Assembly: GCA_012295275.1 (NCBI GenBank)
Contig: CM022667.1
Location: 4,092,001-4,156,000, forward strand
Origin: Chrysomallon squamiferum
Taxonomy: Eukaryota > Animalia > Mollusca
Length of the DNA: 64,000 nt
Direction of reading: 5' to 3'
A program made the translations under genes and the position numbers. The notes under the pieces are model-generated. The model saw only the letters and a list, made by a program, of their open reading frames with translations. It did not search any database and was not told the origin of the DNA. Of this stretch, positions 30,517-44,787 are shown piece after piece; the stretch's first letter is position 1, and every line of letters begins with the position of its first letter.

Positions 30517-31420
30517 GGTTTGTAAACACGAAAATGTCTTAACTGGACACGCGGTTCAGGGTATTTCGTGAAAAAACAGATACAGCTAAACCATGAAAAC
30601 CTTTTAAAAAAAAAAAGTGATGTCGTTCGTAAAAAGCGAGGTAAAACTGAATACAAACGCTTCAAACTGCACAGATTAGTGTAGAAACAGAAAATGAACG
30701 TTGACATGTTTTAAATTATTTATCAGACTAATTTATTTTTTTCTTCGCATTGGAGATGTTAAACAGAAAATATAAATCATCATTTGTTTCTTGTAAAGTG
30801 TTCTTTCTTATTCTGTTCATTCATTCAACCGTTTCTCATTTCTTACTTTCTTATTTATTATTATTATTTCTTTGATCTTATTTTTATTTATTTATTTATT
30901 TATTTTATTATTATCATCATCATCATCATCATCATCATCATTATCATTTCATGTTTCTCGTTTCTTCATATTGTTACAGCTGCTTGAAAAATGTTATCAG
31001 AATTGAATAAAATATGCAATTGTAAGTGTTTTAATTGACAAATTATAAACTTTTCATTAAAAAAAAAAATAATAAAAAATAAAAATAAAAAATAAAAATA
31101 TTGTTTTCTGTAAATCAGTACCCGCTTTGTGGAGGTTTGATCTAGCGAACTTCCGCACTGCAGCTCAGCTGTATGGTCTCTTAGTAACACTATGCACTAC
31201 TCATTAAAGTGAAAAATCTTTATTATTATTAATATTGTTCTTATTCCTTTTACACTCTTAATATTATTATTGTTGTTATAATGATGATTATGAGGATGAT
31301 AATGATAATAATAATAATACTTATTATTGTTGTTGTTAATATTAATGTTGCTGTTCAATTTCCTCTTTTTCTTCTTATTGTTATTATTATTTGTTGTTGT
31401 TCTGTTTGCTTCTTCTTCTT

Positions 31421-31451
<31 letters not shown>

Positions 31452-32214
31452 TTATTATTATCATCATTATTTTATTTTTATTCTTCTTTTCCGTATCATA
31501 TAACTTTTGTTGTTGCTGTTGTTGCTGACGTTGCTGATTCCGCCGTTATTTCAAGAAAGAATGCTGATAAAGATAATTACCACAAAGAGTCTGTCTGTGG
31601 CAGCCGCCATGTTGACTCCGTATGAAACCTGCCGGTGAAATTTATACAAGACAAAACTCGTTAGTGAATCGCGATGTTTTATTTCAGTACAAACGAGAAC
31701 TGACACAATCACAGCGAGCCGCACGAACTCGACCCGTCACCCGAGCTCGCCGATAATTTAATACGCGACATTCATGCATGAGTTATGTCCCCTGGTTACC
31801 TTAACGATAATCGGAAAGCAAAGGAAAATGCTAAAACGCGGATTGGCTGAATTCTCTCGAGAGCGCTGATGTATGTAAACACTCGGAGAACAGATCTCTG
31901 TTTGGATTCCTTTGCGTTAACAGAATGGTTCAATGTTTCTGTTGGTTAACCGGCATTTTGAGTGTAAACAAAACGCTACCTTACGCACGAACAGAAGGAA
32001 AAACAGAGATTCCTGATTAACTTTCATGTTTAAGACATATTAACACAGTTTCATAAATATACACGTTGATAAAAAAAAGAGAAAATTTATCATATAAACA
32101 TAGGGAAAAAGAAAAAAAATTACACACACGTGCATATTACGCAAAAACAGAAGTAAATGAATTGTTTTATTTTCACAAGAAAACATTATGCTTATCGATT
32201 TTAAAGGTATTATA

Positions 32215-32449
32215 CAGGGTGTCCTCAGAGTCTGGGTACATGGGCAATTTTACAATGTTATTTATTTATGTTATTTTTCTTACCCAGATCGAATGATGGC
32301 TCTGTCTAAAGAAGAAAGAATCGAGTTGGTACTCTTAAGTGGACGAGAAGGATGGTCTTATCGCAAAGTTGCAGAAGAATTCAACCTTAGACACCCTAAT
32401 AGACAACCTATTTATTTTACTTATGTACCCAGACTTTGTGGACACCCTG
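32215..32449 (+). mobile_element. Tc1/mariner-type non-autonomous deletion derivative (MITE-like, 235 bp)
   Basis: 27-bp TIRs CAGGGTGTCC(T/A)CA(G/A)AGTCTGGGTACAT with 2 mismatches, flanked by TA on both sides. The internal peptide MALSKEERIELVLLSGREGWSYRKVAEEFNLRHPNRQPI resembles a transposase N-terminal HTH. Confidence 0.9.
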
Positions 32450-32663
32450 TATATTAATATATTTATATATTTCTTAAATGCCAGTAATGATTGAGATAAT
32501 AATTATTTTCATTATCATCATCCACATTACAATACAAGTAGTATTAATAGTTTTAGTAATAGTTCTGGTATTTGTTGTTTATTTTATTATGATAATCTAT
32601 CTATCTAAGCATCTATCTATCAGCCTGTCTGTCTATCCATTTATCTGTCTATCTGTCTATCTA

Positions 32664-32747
<84 letters not shown>

Positions 32748-32904
32748 AAATAAAATTTCGAATTATAGTCACAATTTTCAATATCCTAAATAACTAAAAT
32801 GAAAAACAAACAAAACAACACAAATGCAAAAATAATCGCGTATATATATATATATATATATACACCAGTCGTTTATTTTATTCCATCAGTTTTTACAGGC
32901 CTAG

Positions 32905-33420
32905 TTACCCGTAAAGTTCACAGCATGATTTTAACAAATAATAATAACCTCCGTAATTTTTGTACTTCGACATATACACACAACACGGATGCTGCGTGGC
33001 CGGCTTGGGCGTGGTCGGCTTGGGCGTCGGCTTGGGCGTGGTCGTCTGTCGGGGTGGAGGTTGTGGCGTGCAGGGCAGCGTGTTGGTGTATTTCTGGTTG
33101 GACAGCTCCAACGACATCGCTCTGACGCCGTGCCAGGCGTCCGTGGCCACTTTGGAGATTTTGGAGGAGCTGAGGATGAAGGAATGTTCTGGAAGCTCGA
33201 TGGTGTAAGAGTATTTTATCTTCATTTTACCTTTGGCGTAATCGTCCGAGCCCCCGGCAGCAACTCCTGTTCAGAGAAACAAAGTGAATTTATCTGTGCG
33301 TCCGTCTGTGTGTGTGTGTGTGTGTGTGTGTGTCTGTGTGTGTTTGTGTCCGTCTGTCTGTGTGTGTTTGTGTGTGGCTATGTGTGTATGTGAATGTAGG
33401 GGCATCATGGTGACATGAGT

Positions 33421-33518
<98 letters not shown>

Positions 33519-33761
33519 TGTGTTTGAGCCTCTCTGTCTCTGTGTGTGTGCGTGCATGCGTGCATGTTCACACATACTTAAGCATTATGAAAAAAAAAGG
33601 ACCAATATCTTACCGAAGTCTGGTCCGGAAGATCCCACGTTATAAGAGTACACTTTCATTGCTTTCATTGCGACCCGCGCCATTCTCTCCTGTAATGTGA
33701 TTCACAATAATTACTGTATTAATGATAATAATAATTATTATAATAATAATAATAATAATAA

Positions 33762-33792
<31 letters not shown>

Positions 33793-34499
33793 AAGAAGAA
33801 AGAAGAAGGATCAAAAAATAATTAATTTACCTTCTCACCCGTTGACATTCGCTAACGAATTCAAATGACGATAATAAACGATCACTGCCGACTGGAGACG
33901 GCAATTAACGACTAGTGACAATAAATTATTCGTAACCATAGCAAACGTCTATCGATTATAAATGATTAAATACGTTCGATTAACAGTCAGAAGGGAATAT
34001 TTAGAAGAAGAAGAAAAAAAAAAAAAATATATATATATATATATATAAAATTACTATTATAAATGATTACCGACGAAAACGAACGATTAGTAACGACTAC
34101 ATACGATTACTCACGAGTTCGACGTGATCCGGAGCGCGGGAGTTGCTTGCATAGCCGTAAGGGTAGAGGAATATTTGACCGTAGCTGTGTACTGTGAGAT
34201 ACATCTTTAACCTGTCTTTGTGCGCATTCATCAAATTAGCCAAGGCAGTGGTTTCTGGAATGGAAAACGGTTTCGGACCGGCGTAGACCTCGGAACACGG
34301 ATTTGTGCTGGCACCCGCATCTGCAACAAACAATTGTCTAAACTAATTAGTAACAAGTTTGTGGCACACAGAATCTCTATTCATCTGATGATATGAAGAT
34401 GATGATGATGACGACGAGAAATTTATAAGAAGTTTATAATTAGTATATTTAGATAGGAAAAATCTATAAATAAATGCAGATGTTGTTATTATTTATTTA

Positions 34500-34531
<32 letters not shown>

Positions 34532-34650
34532 AGTTAATACATACAAGGGTCCCAGTGATAGTCAAAGTTTCGGTTGGGGTCTGTTCCAGGACAGGATTTT
34601 ACTTTGTTGATATTTCTAGTTTTACGCCACATTCTTTCCTGTAAAATAAA

Positions 34651-34681
<31 letters not shown>

Positions 34682-35483
34682 TTACTAGTAGTAGTAGTAG
34701 CAGTATTAATATTATCATTAGTATTAGTAGTAGTGGTAGTAGTAGTAGAAGTAGTGACTGTAGTATTTTGAAACTACAAAGATGCATGGAAGAAATAACA
34801 GCCACGGCTAGTACTAACAGAAGTTGCAGTAATACTTCTACTGCAAATCGTTGCTATAATAATACAAGTAGTAGTAGTAGTAGTAATAACGTTAGTAATA
34901 ATAATAGTAGTAGTAGAAGTAGTTCTACCAGTAGCAGAATTTTTTTGAAACATAAGGTCTGTAAATTTATATGCGATCGCGAATTGTAACCTGAAGGGAA
35001 ATAACTCTTTAATTCTCTTTGCAATAAACAATAATGGCATTAAATATAGATGTATGTACGTGTTGGTTTACATACACACATACACAAACATAAACACAAA
35101 TGCTTAGAAAAATAAACAAAAGAAATATAAATAAATAAATAAATAAAAAAAAAAAAAAAACCCCCAATAATAATTTTAATTAATTAAAAAATAATAATAA
35201 TATCAATAATAAAATATATATATAAATAAATATATATATATATTAAAAAAAAGAAAAGAAAAAAAAAAAAAAAGCGAGGTTTTGATTGTGTATATGTCAC
35301 AGGAAATGTGTATAACTCCTGGCAGTTTTAGAAAATATGGTATGTGTAATGTGTATTTACCTTATTTCTGCTGTATTCGTAGCCGTCAGGATTGACCACG
35401 GGTACAACGTACCAGTCAAACTTGTCCACTAGATCCGAGTTAGCAGAGTTCATCGCCAACTTAAACAACGAAAATCAGTGACA

Positions 35484-35554
<71 letters not shown>

Positions 35555-35822
35555 AAATTCATCTTTGTAACTTCTTTAGAAATAAGAGTTCCTTAAAGAC
35601 GAATAATTAGAAAAAAGTATCCAAACTGTAGTGCTGCCTAAAGAGTGGACTGATAAATTCGCTTTATTTATTTATTTATTTATTTATTTAGATCTGCACC
35701 TCGTGTATAAAGCGAAGGACGGTGGCGGATGAAATCCACTCCCTGGCGTGGAAACCGCCATCAATTAAAACAGCAGGCTTACATGTGTTTCCGTGACTAA
35801 TCTGAAATCGACAAAAGTAAAC

Positions 35823-35862
<40 letters not shown>

Positions 35863-37164
35863 GTTCATTATAATAATAACAGTAACAATAACCATAGAGT
35901 TACAACGACATTTATAGCCGCAGTATTTATTCCTAGAAATTTATCTGAAATTTCTACCTTCACGGCCCGGAGAGCTCTTCCTTCGTATGACGTCCCGTAG
36001 TCGATGATCTCGACGTCAGCAGCCTTTGACGCGCTGTTCTTTACAGCGGAAACAAAGTTCAGTATCTAAAATTAAAACAAAAGTCACATCTTGTAAAACA
36101 AACGTAACTGCGAATTACGTTTCGATAACGGTCTATGGGGTGGCAGTCCTCGCTGATGATGTAGTATACTAAATAAAATTCACACATCGTTGTAAGTAGA
36201 TGACTAGCTAAAGAGTGGCAGTCCTCTTTGATAATGTAAGAACTAAAATAAACACACCTCGTAAGATAGATAGTGGCAGACCTCACTGATAATGTGATAT
36301 ATGATAAATAAAATTTACACACCTCGTTGTAAGATAGATAAATATATAAAGTGGCAGTCCTCATTGATAATGTGATGTGATAAATTCAATTTACACACCT
36401 CGTTGTAAGATAGATAAATATATAGAGTGGCAGTCCTCTTTGATAATGTTATAATAAATAAAATTTAAACGCATCGTTGTAAGATAGGTAAATATATAGA
36501 GTGGCAGTCCTCTTTGATAATGTTGTAAGATAGGTAAATATACAAAGTGGCAGTCCTCTTTGATAGTGTATTATAATAAATAAATTTAAACGCTGTAAGA
36601 TAGGTAAATATATAGAGTGGCAGTCCTCTTTGCTAATGTGATGTGATAAATAAATTGTACGCACCTCGTTGTAAGATAGATAACGCTGAGAAATTTGGTC
36701 TAAAAGAGTGGCAGTCCTCCTTCGTGTTCTGTGGTTCTGTTCTTGTTGCTCGTTTTCAATAGCCCTGTTTTAAAGACTGAATTAATATCTAGCGTCAAAT
36801 CTAAATGTTTTCATTTCTGACTATTAGTAAATTCAAAACTTTGAATTTTGTATAATTATTATGAGGAAAGATATATATATATATATATATATATAAACAA
36901 CGTTCAAAGAACTACAGACGAACGTAGTATAGAATATATATATATATATATATTTATATAAAATAATACAATGGAAGAAAAGAAAAGCAGGAATGAAATA
37001 AGAAAAGGTGGAAAGAAAGAAAATGAAATGCAGGAAAAATATCGATTTTCTGGACAATAATAGTCCGGAATCTGTTTTAGGTAAATAAATAAATAAATAA
37101 ATACATAGACATAATATTAATACATAAACATAAATTAATAAATTAATATATATTAATAAACTAT

Positions 37165-37237
<73 letters not shown>

Positions 37238-37569
37238 GAGAGAAAAAGAAAAGAAAGGAGAAAAATAAAGTAGATATTTAGAAAAACGTGTTTACTTCTG
37301 TACATCTCTAATGAACAGTTGGCTAGACAGATGCTGTAGTTGTAGAAACTGTTGGAATCTCGATTCTTTGTCGGGGCTCACCATCACAACGACGACATCA
37401 TCATCGTGAACGGCGTCTTTCCATACATCCAGCTGAAACGACAAATGCATTTTATTTCTAAAGTTACTTTTGTCGTCTCTGTTTGTTTGTTTGTTTGTTT
37501 ATTTAGTTATTGAGTTATTTTATTAATATTCATTAATTTTTTAATCTATATTTATTTATTAACATTGTG

Positions 37570-37604
<35 letters not shown>

Positions 37605-37754
37605 TTGATGGATTAATTAATTTACTTGCTTGTTCATTTATTTTGTGATATTGAATACGTTTAATTTTAATATTAAAAAAAAGACGAACTAAGGATTGAT
37701 CCATTACATTGTATCTCATGCTGCTCCTTACATCACTGAGTAATATATATATAT

Positions 37755-37801
<47 letters not shown>

Positions 37802-38084
37802 TATAGTTAGATAGATAGATAGTTAGATAGATAGATAGATACATAGATAGATAGTTTTTTTTTTTTTTCTTTATTTATTATTAGTTGTTTTTTAAAGAGA
37901 TAATTTTCACATTTATTTTATTTGAATGTTTTTTTTTTGTCTGAAATTTAAATATCTGTAACTGTTCTTTCTGACTATGATTTAAAATGTCCACACACTC
38001 ACGCAAACTAACACAGACAGACAGATAAACACACATACATATTGTTGTTACTGTTATTATTATTATTATTATTATTAATAGTAT

Positions 38085-38116
<32 letters not shown>

Positions 38117-38611
38117 TAGTATCATCATCATCATCATCATCATCATTATTATTATTCTATTAATTTTAGAAAAAAAAAGAAATGAATTTATTAATTTTTA
38201 AAATTTCTTTACTAGAACGAAATGACGATGAGCCAGCAGTAAGACGATATTGCAGTTTAAGAAATAAATCAAGAAAATGATTAAAAAAAAAAAAAAAAAA
38301 AAAAATAAAAAATCAATTAATAGCCGTGCGTCAGGTGAAAACTACGTGAATACCTGGAAGATCTGTGACAGGTGTGTTCGTTATTTCACACCTGTTTTTT
38401 TATTTTGTTTTTTATTGATCTATGTAGACAACTTACATACGTCAATTGAAAGATATTCGAGAGTCTCTGGATAATCTCTGTTTTTTTTTTCTCTCCGTCT
38501 GTCCCTTTGTCCGTCTCACTGCCTGTTTTTTTTTATAATTTGTCAGTTTATGTCTGTCTGTCTGGATGTATTTTCTAATTGGCTGTATGTATGTGTGTGT
38601 TTCTGTATACA

Positions 38612-38645
<34 letters not shown>

Positions 38646-38817
38646 AATATATTTAACTAGTTAGATATATATAGATATCAATGTATCGGTATTGTGCATG
38701 TGTATATTATTATTATTATTATTATTTTGATAATGATGATGATGATGATGGTTATGATGATGACCATGACTATGATTATAAATAATGATGATAATTTGAT
38801 GATGATGATGCTGGTAA

Positions 38818-38862
<45 letters not shown>

Positions 38863-39295
38863 CGATAATGATGATGCCTACGATGATGACTCAACTATGA
38901 TGAGAATAACGATGATAATATTGATGATGATGATGATGGTGATCATCATGAATGAACCATGAACTGTAACAGAAGACGTACTTACGCCCATGTCTACAAA
39001 AACGTGACTGATGTTTTTCATGGTTCCTGGGTATACGCGATATACTTTGTATCTACAAACGTAAATAAAATAGTAACTAGTGAAAACAAATAACTGCAAC
39101 AGACTAATGAAATGTTACAACTGTTCTGAATTGTATGCAGAAACAATTAAGCCGAAACACGAGCTTATTATTATTATTATTATTATTTTTTTTTTTTTTT
39201 TTAATAATTATGTTTAATAACAAGTTTGTTTTAAGAAACATTTCTTCATAATTTGATAATACTAATTAATGTATTAAAATGAAATATGAGCGAAT

Positions 39296-39384
<89 letters not shown>

Positions 39385-39682
39385 GGGTCAGGGAAGTATT
39401 TGGATTTTCGTTATTTTCGTCTCTGTCTCTCCCTCTCCATATCTGTGTCCGTCTGTGTCTGTATATGTTAAATGAATGCACGTGTGTATATGTGTGTGCG
39501 AGTGCACGCGTACGCACGTAAAGCACGCGCGTGCACGAACCTAGCGTCAAGAGGTTCAAAGAACGAGAAAACACACAAAACCCTCATTCTTACCCATCAT
39601 ATCGTCGGACCCTAGTCTCTTCAGACGTCACGCTTTCTGGCCACAGTCCAAACACAAAGAGAAGAACGAAAGAGAAAAACAT
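32905..39682 (-). CDS. M14A zinc carboxypeptidase, carboxypeptidase B-like preproenzyme (479 aa, 11 coding exons)
   Basis: Exons 39682-39594, 39052-38986, 37432-37296, 36764-36665, 36065-35958, 35801-35700, 35459-35361, 34638-34545, 34320-34115, 33689-33614 and 33266-32905 sum to 1440 nt in frame. Features: signal peptide, prodomain (YDGYKVYRV, LDVWK), RTRRR cleavage site, [53 protein letters not shown]. Confidence 0.95.
36138..36718 (-). repeat. Intronic tandem array derived from the carboxypeptidase exon 4 3' end and splice donor
   Basis: Eight intronic copies of gtggcagtcctc (one with a mismatch) plus the exonic one at ~36708. The units also carry acctcgttgtaagatagata, the reverse complement of the exon end and GT donor. 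Confidence 0.9.
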
Positions 39683-40279
39683 CGTGTTTCTCCTGCAAGA
39701 AAAGGTTAATTTAAAATTAAAGACGAAGACGAAAACTTCATGGCAAATGCTCAGCGATTTGTTCCTTGAAAAACATCAGGCGTTTTGGCGCGAAAATAAC
39801 CGACTGCAGATGGCGAAAACAGACGAACAGTCTGTGATTCGTTTTAAAAATTGTATTTAATTGGAAAATGTCGACAGAAAAAGAAAATAAGAAAATTAAT
39901 TAGATTACAAAAAGTATTATAAAATAGTTTTCTTTTATTTTTCTTCATTTTTTTCTTTCGTTATTTTTTAATTTGTTTTTTCTTGTTTTTTTTTTATTTT
40001 TTATTTTTTTTTATTCTTTTGTTATTATTTTTAAAACTGATAGATATTTATATTTAAAAAAAAAAGAAAAAAAACGTTTTTTATTAAAACAGTTATGAAT
40101 GAAATAGTAATACCGTTTTTTGTTTTATTATTATATTGTTAAAGTTCAGTCTAAATTTAGAACGGATATCTCGTTTCTGTCTGTCTCCTTAGATTTAATA
40201 TTTGCATAATTTATATTTATTTATTTATTTATTTATTTATTTATTATGATTTGTGAAGATCATTTTCTTTAATACATAA

Positions 40280-40312
<33 letters not shown>

Positions 40313-41190
40313 AGCACGCACGCAACACATCTTTAAACACTTTCAGTTTGTCTCCTTTCTCTTTCTCTCTATCTGTCAGTCTCTCTGTTTAATCTTTCTT
40401 TTATTCCTCCTTTCTTTCTGTCTCTCTATAAATATATTACTCCATCTCTCGTGCAGACGATGAATAGAACTGTACAAAACGAATGAGTTACACAGATGGT
40501 TATAAATGGATATTAATTTCACATGATTTTTTAACTCTCTGCTAATATAATAAAAACAGTCTTAGTATATAGAAAATGTGACCTTTAATTTTTTTTTTAC
40601 CTGTCTCGAAATTAATGAATAAGATTTTTTAATTTTTTTTATTTCGATAGACAGCTGTTCATAACAATTAATGGAATTAAACTGTCAGTTTGGGGGTTGG
40701 GGATGTCTCTTAGCATCAATTTAAACGTGTTTCATTTGTTGTCGTGGAGAAACTATTAACTTAACCTTTCGTTGCAGAGTTCCGCATTCTGTTCATTACG
40801 GTTTGTGTTTAGTTTACAAAAATCTAACTCTAGCGGTGCTTTTCAGCAAATACCAGTTGCGTTTACAACATACAGGCAACATCCATTTAACAATTCAATC
40901 TCTCTCTCTTCATCTCTTTATTTCGTTACATGTTTATTTTCTTGTAAATTTGCTCATTAATATTCATTCACAGTTTTACCCATTTAACTATTTATACAGT
41001 TTGTTTATTATGCAGGGGAAATTCAGAGACAGGTGACACACCTGTGTCATGTGTTAGTCTTAATCTTATTTTAATTTTCTAATCATTAATCTAGCTCTGC
41101 ATAATATTTACATTGGTTGTTTTGTAGAAAACTGTCTGCACAAATCTCTTTTCTAATACGAATTATTTAAAATATAAAGTATTTTAATAT

Positions 41191-41237
<47 letters not shown>

Positions 41238-42491
41238 ATAATAATAATAATAATAATAATGATGAGAAGAAGAAGAAGAAGAAAAAGAAGACGATGATGA
41301 TGAAAAAAGAACACGATAATGACGGAGGTGATGACGATGATGATGACGATGATATATACTAATAAAATTAATAACACCCCAGACTATCGATAATTAGAAT
41401 AATTAGAAAAGCTTCTTTAAAACCGTATACTCAGATTAAATAAGTATATATTCTAACACCTTCACAAAGCTGCTTTGCGAATAGAAAACGATTTTTTTAA
41501 AACTTACCTGAACCTAAATGTACGCTGTGTGACCAATCTCTCTGCGTGAATCTCAACCTGTTGTTTAGATAGTACTTTCTCTAACTGGGCCGCTTGTGTC
41601 GTCAAATAAGTAACTGATTCAGCTGCGCATGTTTGTGCAGTGTTATATCAACATCGTACGTCGTTTGATACATCTTTCTTTTGTTAAACTTTGGCGACTA
41701 ACTAAACAACTACTTTATTTACTTTGTTGTCGATGACGATGCAGAAACTTTAAAAGTGCCTGTCACGTAGTTTGTTTTTCATTATCTCTACTTCTGCAAG
41801 CTGTCGTGAAATTTCTATCGCAGCAGGAGATTTTGTTTATATTTTGTTTTCACTTATATATATATATATATATTTTTGTTTCACCTTATATATATATATG
41901 GAGGTAGGCTGACGACGTGACTATTTTTTTTTTGGTTTCTAATTTAAATGCTGTTTCTTTTATTTTATATATGTACTAACTATATTTATTTTCTGAAATA
42001 ACACTACATAATAATTAGCTTTCATAAATATCACACATTAACTAACATAAACAAAAAATACAATCGTTTTAGATTGGCAGGCTGACATGGTGGTTATGAT
42101 GGTCTCGGTAAATCGGTACGTTTAATAACATATAGAAAGTTTTATTAATTAGGTAAGCTGAACCTTGTATAGCGAGGCTATAACGTTATTTTGTTGTAAG
42201 ATGCCTTTGAATTAGAAACTAATGATAGGCCTAAATTATTAGATGATTTAACTACTTTCTCTGTTATAATTTCCGCAGTAAATAAGCGAACATATCCAGT
42301 CTGTGTGGGGAAAATTAGCAGACGTCCTGGTAGGACAAAAATCGTACATGTCGCCATTACCCGAGTTTTCAGTGTTCGTGCTGTGCTGGTTCTCGTAACA
42401 AGATCTAAATCTGTAACAGCTTCTCACAAAAGTGTTCTGCTATGTATAAAAAATTCCTCGGATACAGAAAACTCTGTTGGCAAGTAAAGGG

Positions 42492-42527
<36 letters not shown>

Positions 42528-43535
42528 AACAACACAATAAATAAATAAATAAAATAGCCAGCCATTGTGAATGTCTATGGTAACTTTCTTCTGTTTGTGA
42601 AGAAAGCTAGTGTGGTTAGCTAACAAAAATGCTAACCACATTAAATTACTTTTATTCCATTAGGAGTAAAAAAAAAATAATATTAATTTCTATTGTATTA
42701 TGAATGCTAGTAGCATGTGTGTAATATAGTCAGTTGTTGTTGTTTTTATTTATTTATTTATTTATTTATTTATTATCATTTAAAAAAAAAAAAAAAAAAA
42801 AAAAAAATTAAAACCATAATTGTCTTTAACGATATTTGACACACACAAAAAAAACACTTCTAAATATATTTTATGCAACGTTTTGTATTTCAACTCATCG
42901 TTATACTTGTTTAATTTATGTTAAAAATTAAGTGTCACAAAATTATTTTAAAATATCCTTCTTTTTGGAAATACAGATATGCCCTTCCCCTCTTGCTGAA
43001 ATGGCCTTGAGATTGACATTGTTATTTTTTTTAAATTCACAGAGACGATTGTATGTTAGTGCGGCTGATTTCTACAGTTAATTTTCAGTACTGTAATTTT
43101 AACTTTATATCTCTATAGTGTAATTTTATACATCAATAATGCAACTTTATCGTAACTATATTTCGGTACTGTAACTTTATATTTCTGTAATGTAATTTTA
43201 TACATCAATAATGCAACTTTATGTTTCAGAATCTGACTATATTTTAGTACTATATCTTTATATTTCTGTAATGTAATTTAAATATCAGTAGTGTAATTTT
43301 GTATTTCAGTAATAGTAACTTTATGTTTCTGTATGGCAACTTCGTTTATCAGTAATGGAATTTTGTTTTCTCTTGTAATGTTTTGTAATTTAGTAGTTGC
43401 TGTTTCGGTTCTTGTTGTTGTAGTTGTTGATGCTGTTGTTGAGGTTGTTTCATAGTTTTTATTTAATGCATTCTGTTTCATCTAGCCATCTCTTCATCCG
43501 TCCGTCTGTATGAACCTATTATTCGATCGATCCAT

Positions 43536-43570
<35 letters not shown>

Positions 43571-44751
43571 TGCCTTACATTCATTTGGAAAAATGAAACG
43601 TAAGTGAAAAATCATTTATCATCTTCATGATATCTTGTCATTCATTTGAATTTAAGGAGAGAAATAAAGGAAAAGACAAAACCAAAACCAATTATATCTT
43701 TTAATTTGTTTTTATTATTATTTTTATTTCTCTTTCTTTTGGAAAATTAAACTGATAAAGAACATAAAATTAAAGCACTATAAATAGCTTGGTTTTTATT
43801 CCAGTACAGACTAACATCCCACGCATATCCAATAAAACTGATATCTGTTACTTAGCTGTAAAATGATTGCATTATATACATCGCGGTTCGGTTACAAAGA
43901 TAATTTTCTCTTTTTTTTTTTAATTGAAATGAAATTATTTCACGACAGAAACCCGAACTCGTTAATTGCAGACAGAAACAAGAAAAGAAAAATGATTAAT
44001 TTGTTTGAGATATCGGTTACACGTTGTCATCGGGGGCCCGGATGTAGGTGTGTTTGCGTGTGTGTTCCTTTCTTGTTGTACGTGTTAATAAAACAGTACT
44101 CATTATAGCAACAACAACAACAGTAATAATACTAGTAGTAGTAGTAGTAGTAGTAATAGTAATGATGATGATGATGATGATAACAATAATAACAAACAGC
44201 GAAGCAATCGATAGTAGTGGTGGTATTTTAAATAAGAAATAAATAAAACAATTAATGAGTACCAAACAAAATGAATTTAGCTTATTTGTGTCTTTGTAGT
44301 GTGTGTGTATGTGTCTGTGTGTGTGTGTTTTTGTGTGTGTAAATAACAAATGACGATGACGACGATGATGATGATAAAAATAATTGTGTCTTATTAAAAT
44401 TTACTTCTCTTCTGTTTCCAACTGCTGGTTCAGATCTTAAAAGATCATTTTGAAAACATTTTTTTTTCATTTAAAAAATAACAAATAAATGTACAAATGA
44501 TTGCAGATATAGAAAGGCCTGATGAAGATCGACAGAGGCTCGCTGGAGTGGGTCATTTACTCCTTCGCAAAATAAAGCTGATATCTACTTTTCAGTCTCA
44601 ATAACAAAATCTGGCAATAAAAAATATTAAAATAAAAAATAAAAAAGTAAATAACAGTGTTTAAACCAACACATTTTTTTTATTTTTACATCTGTCCTGA
44701 ACGGGCTAAAATTTTCAGCAAAGTTTATTCCGGCGCCGGTAAAAAAAAAAA

Positions 44752-44787
<36 letters not shown>

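Noticed and set aside
31620-31990. CpG-rich non-repetitive block between the GPCR and the carboxypeptidase
   Set aside because: I found no convincing ORF, splice pair or RNA-gene structure. It may be regulatory but this cannot be supported from sequence alone.
41505-41850. Possible non-coding first exon of the carboxypeptidase (minus-strand cag|gtaagt near 41507)
   Set aside because: Supported only by one donor consensus and an acceptor just before the ATG, which is not enough without transcripts.
43080-43400. Degenerate AT-rich repeat (gtaattttata..)
   Set aside because: Decayed tandem repeat with no coding or structural signal.
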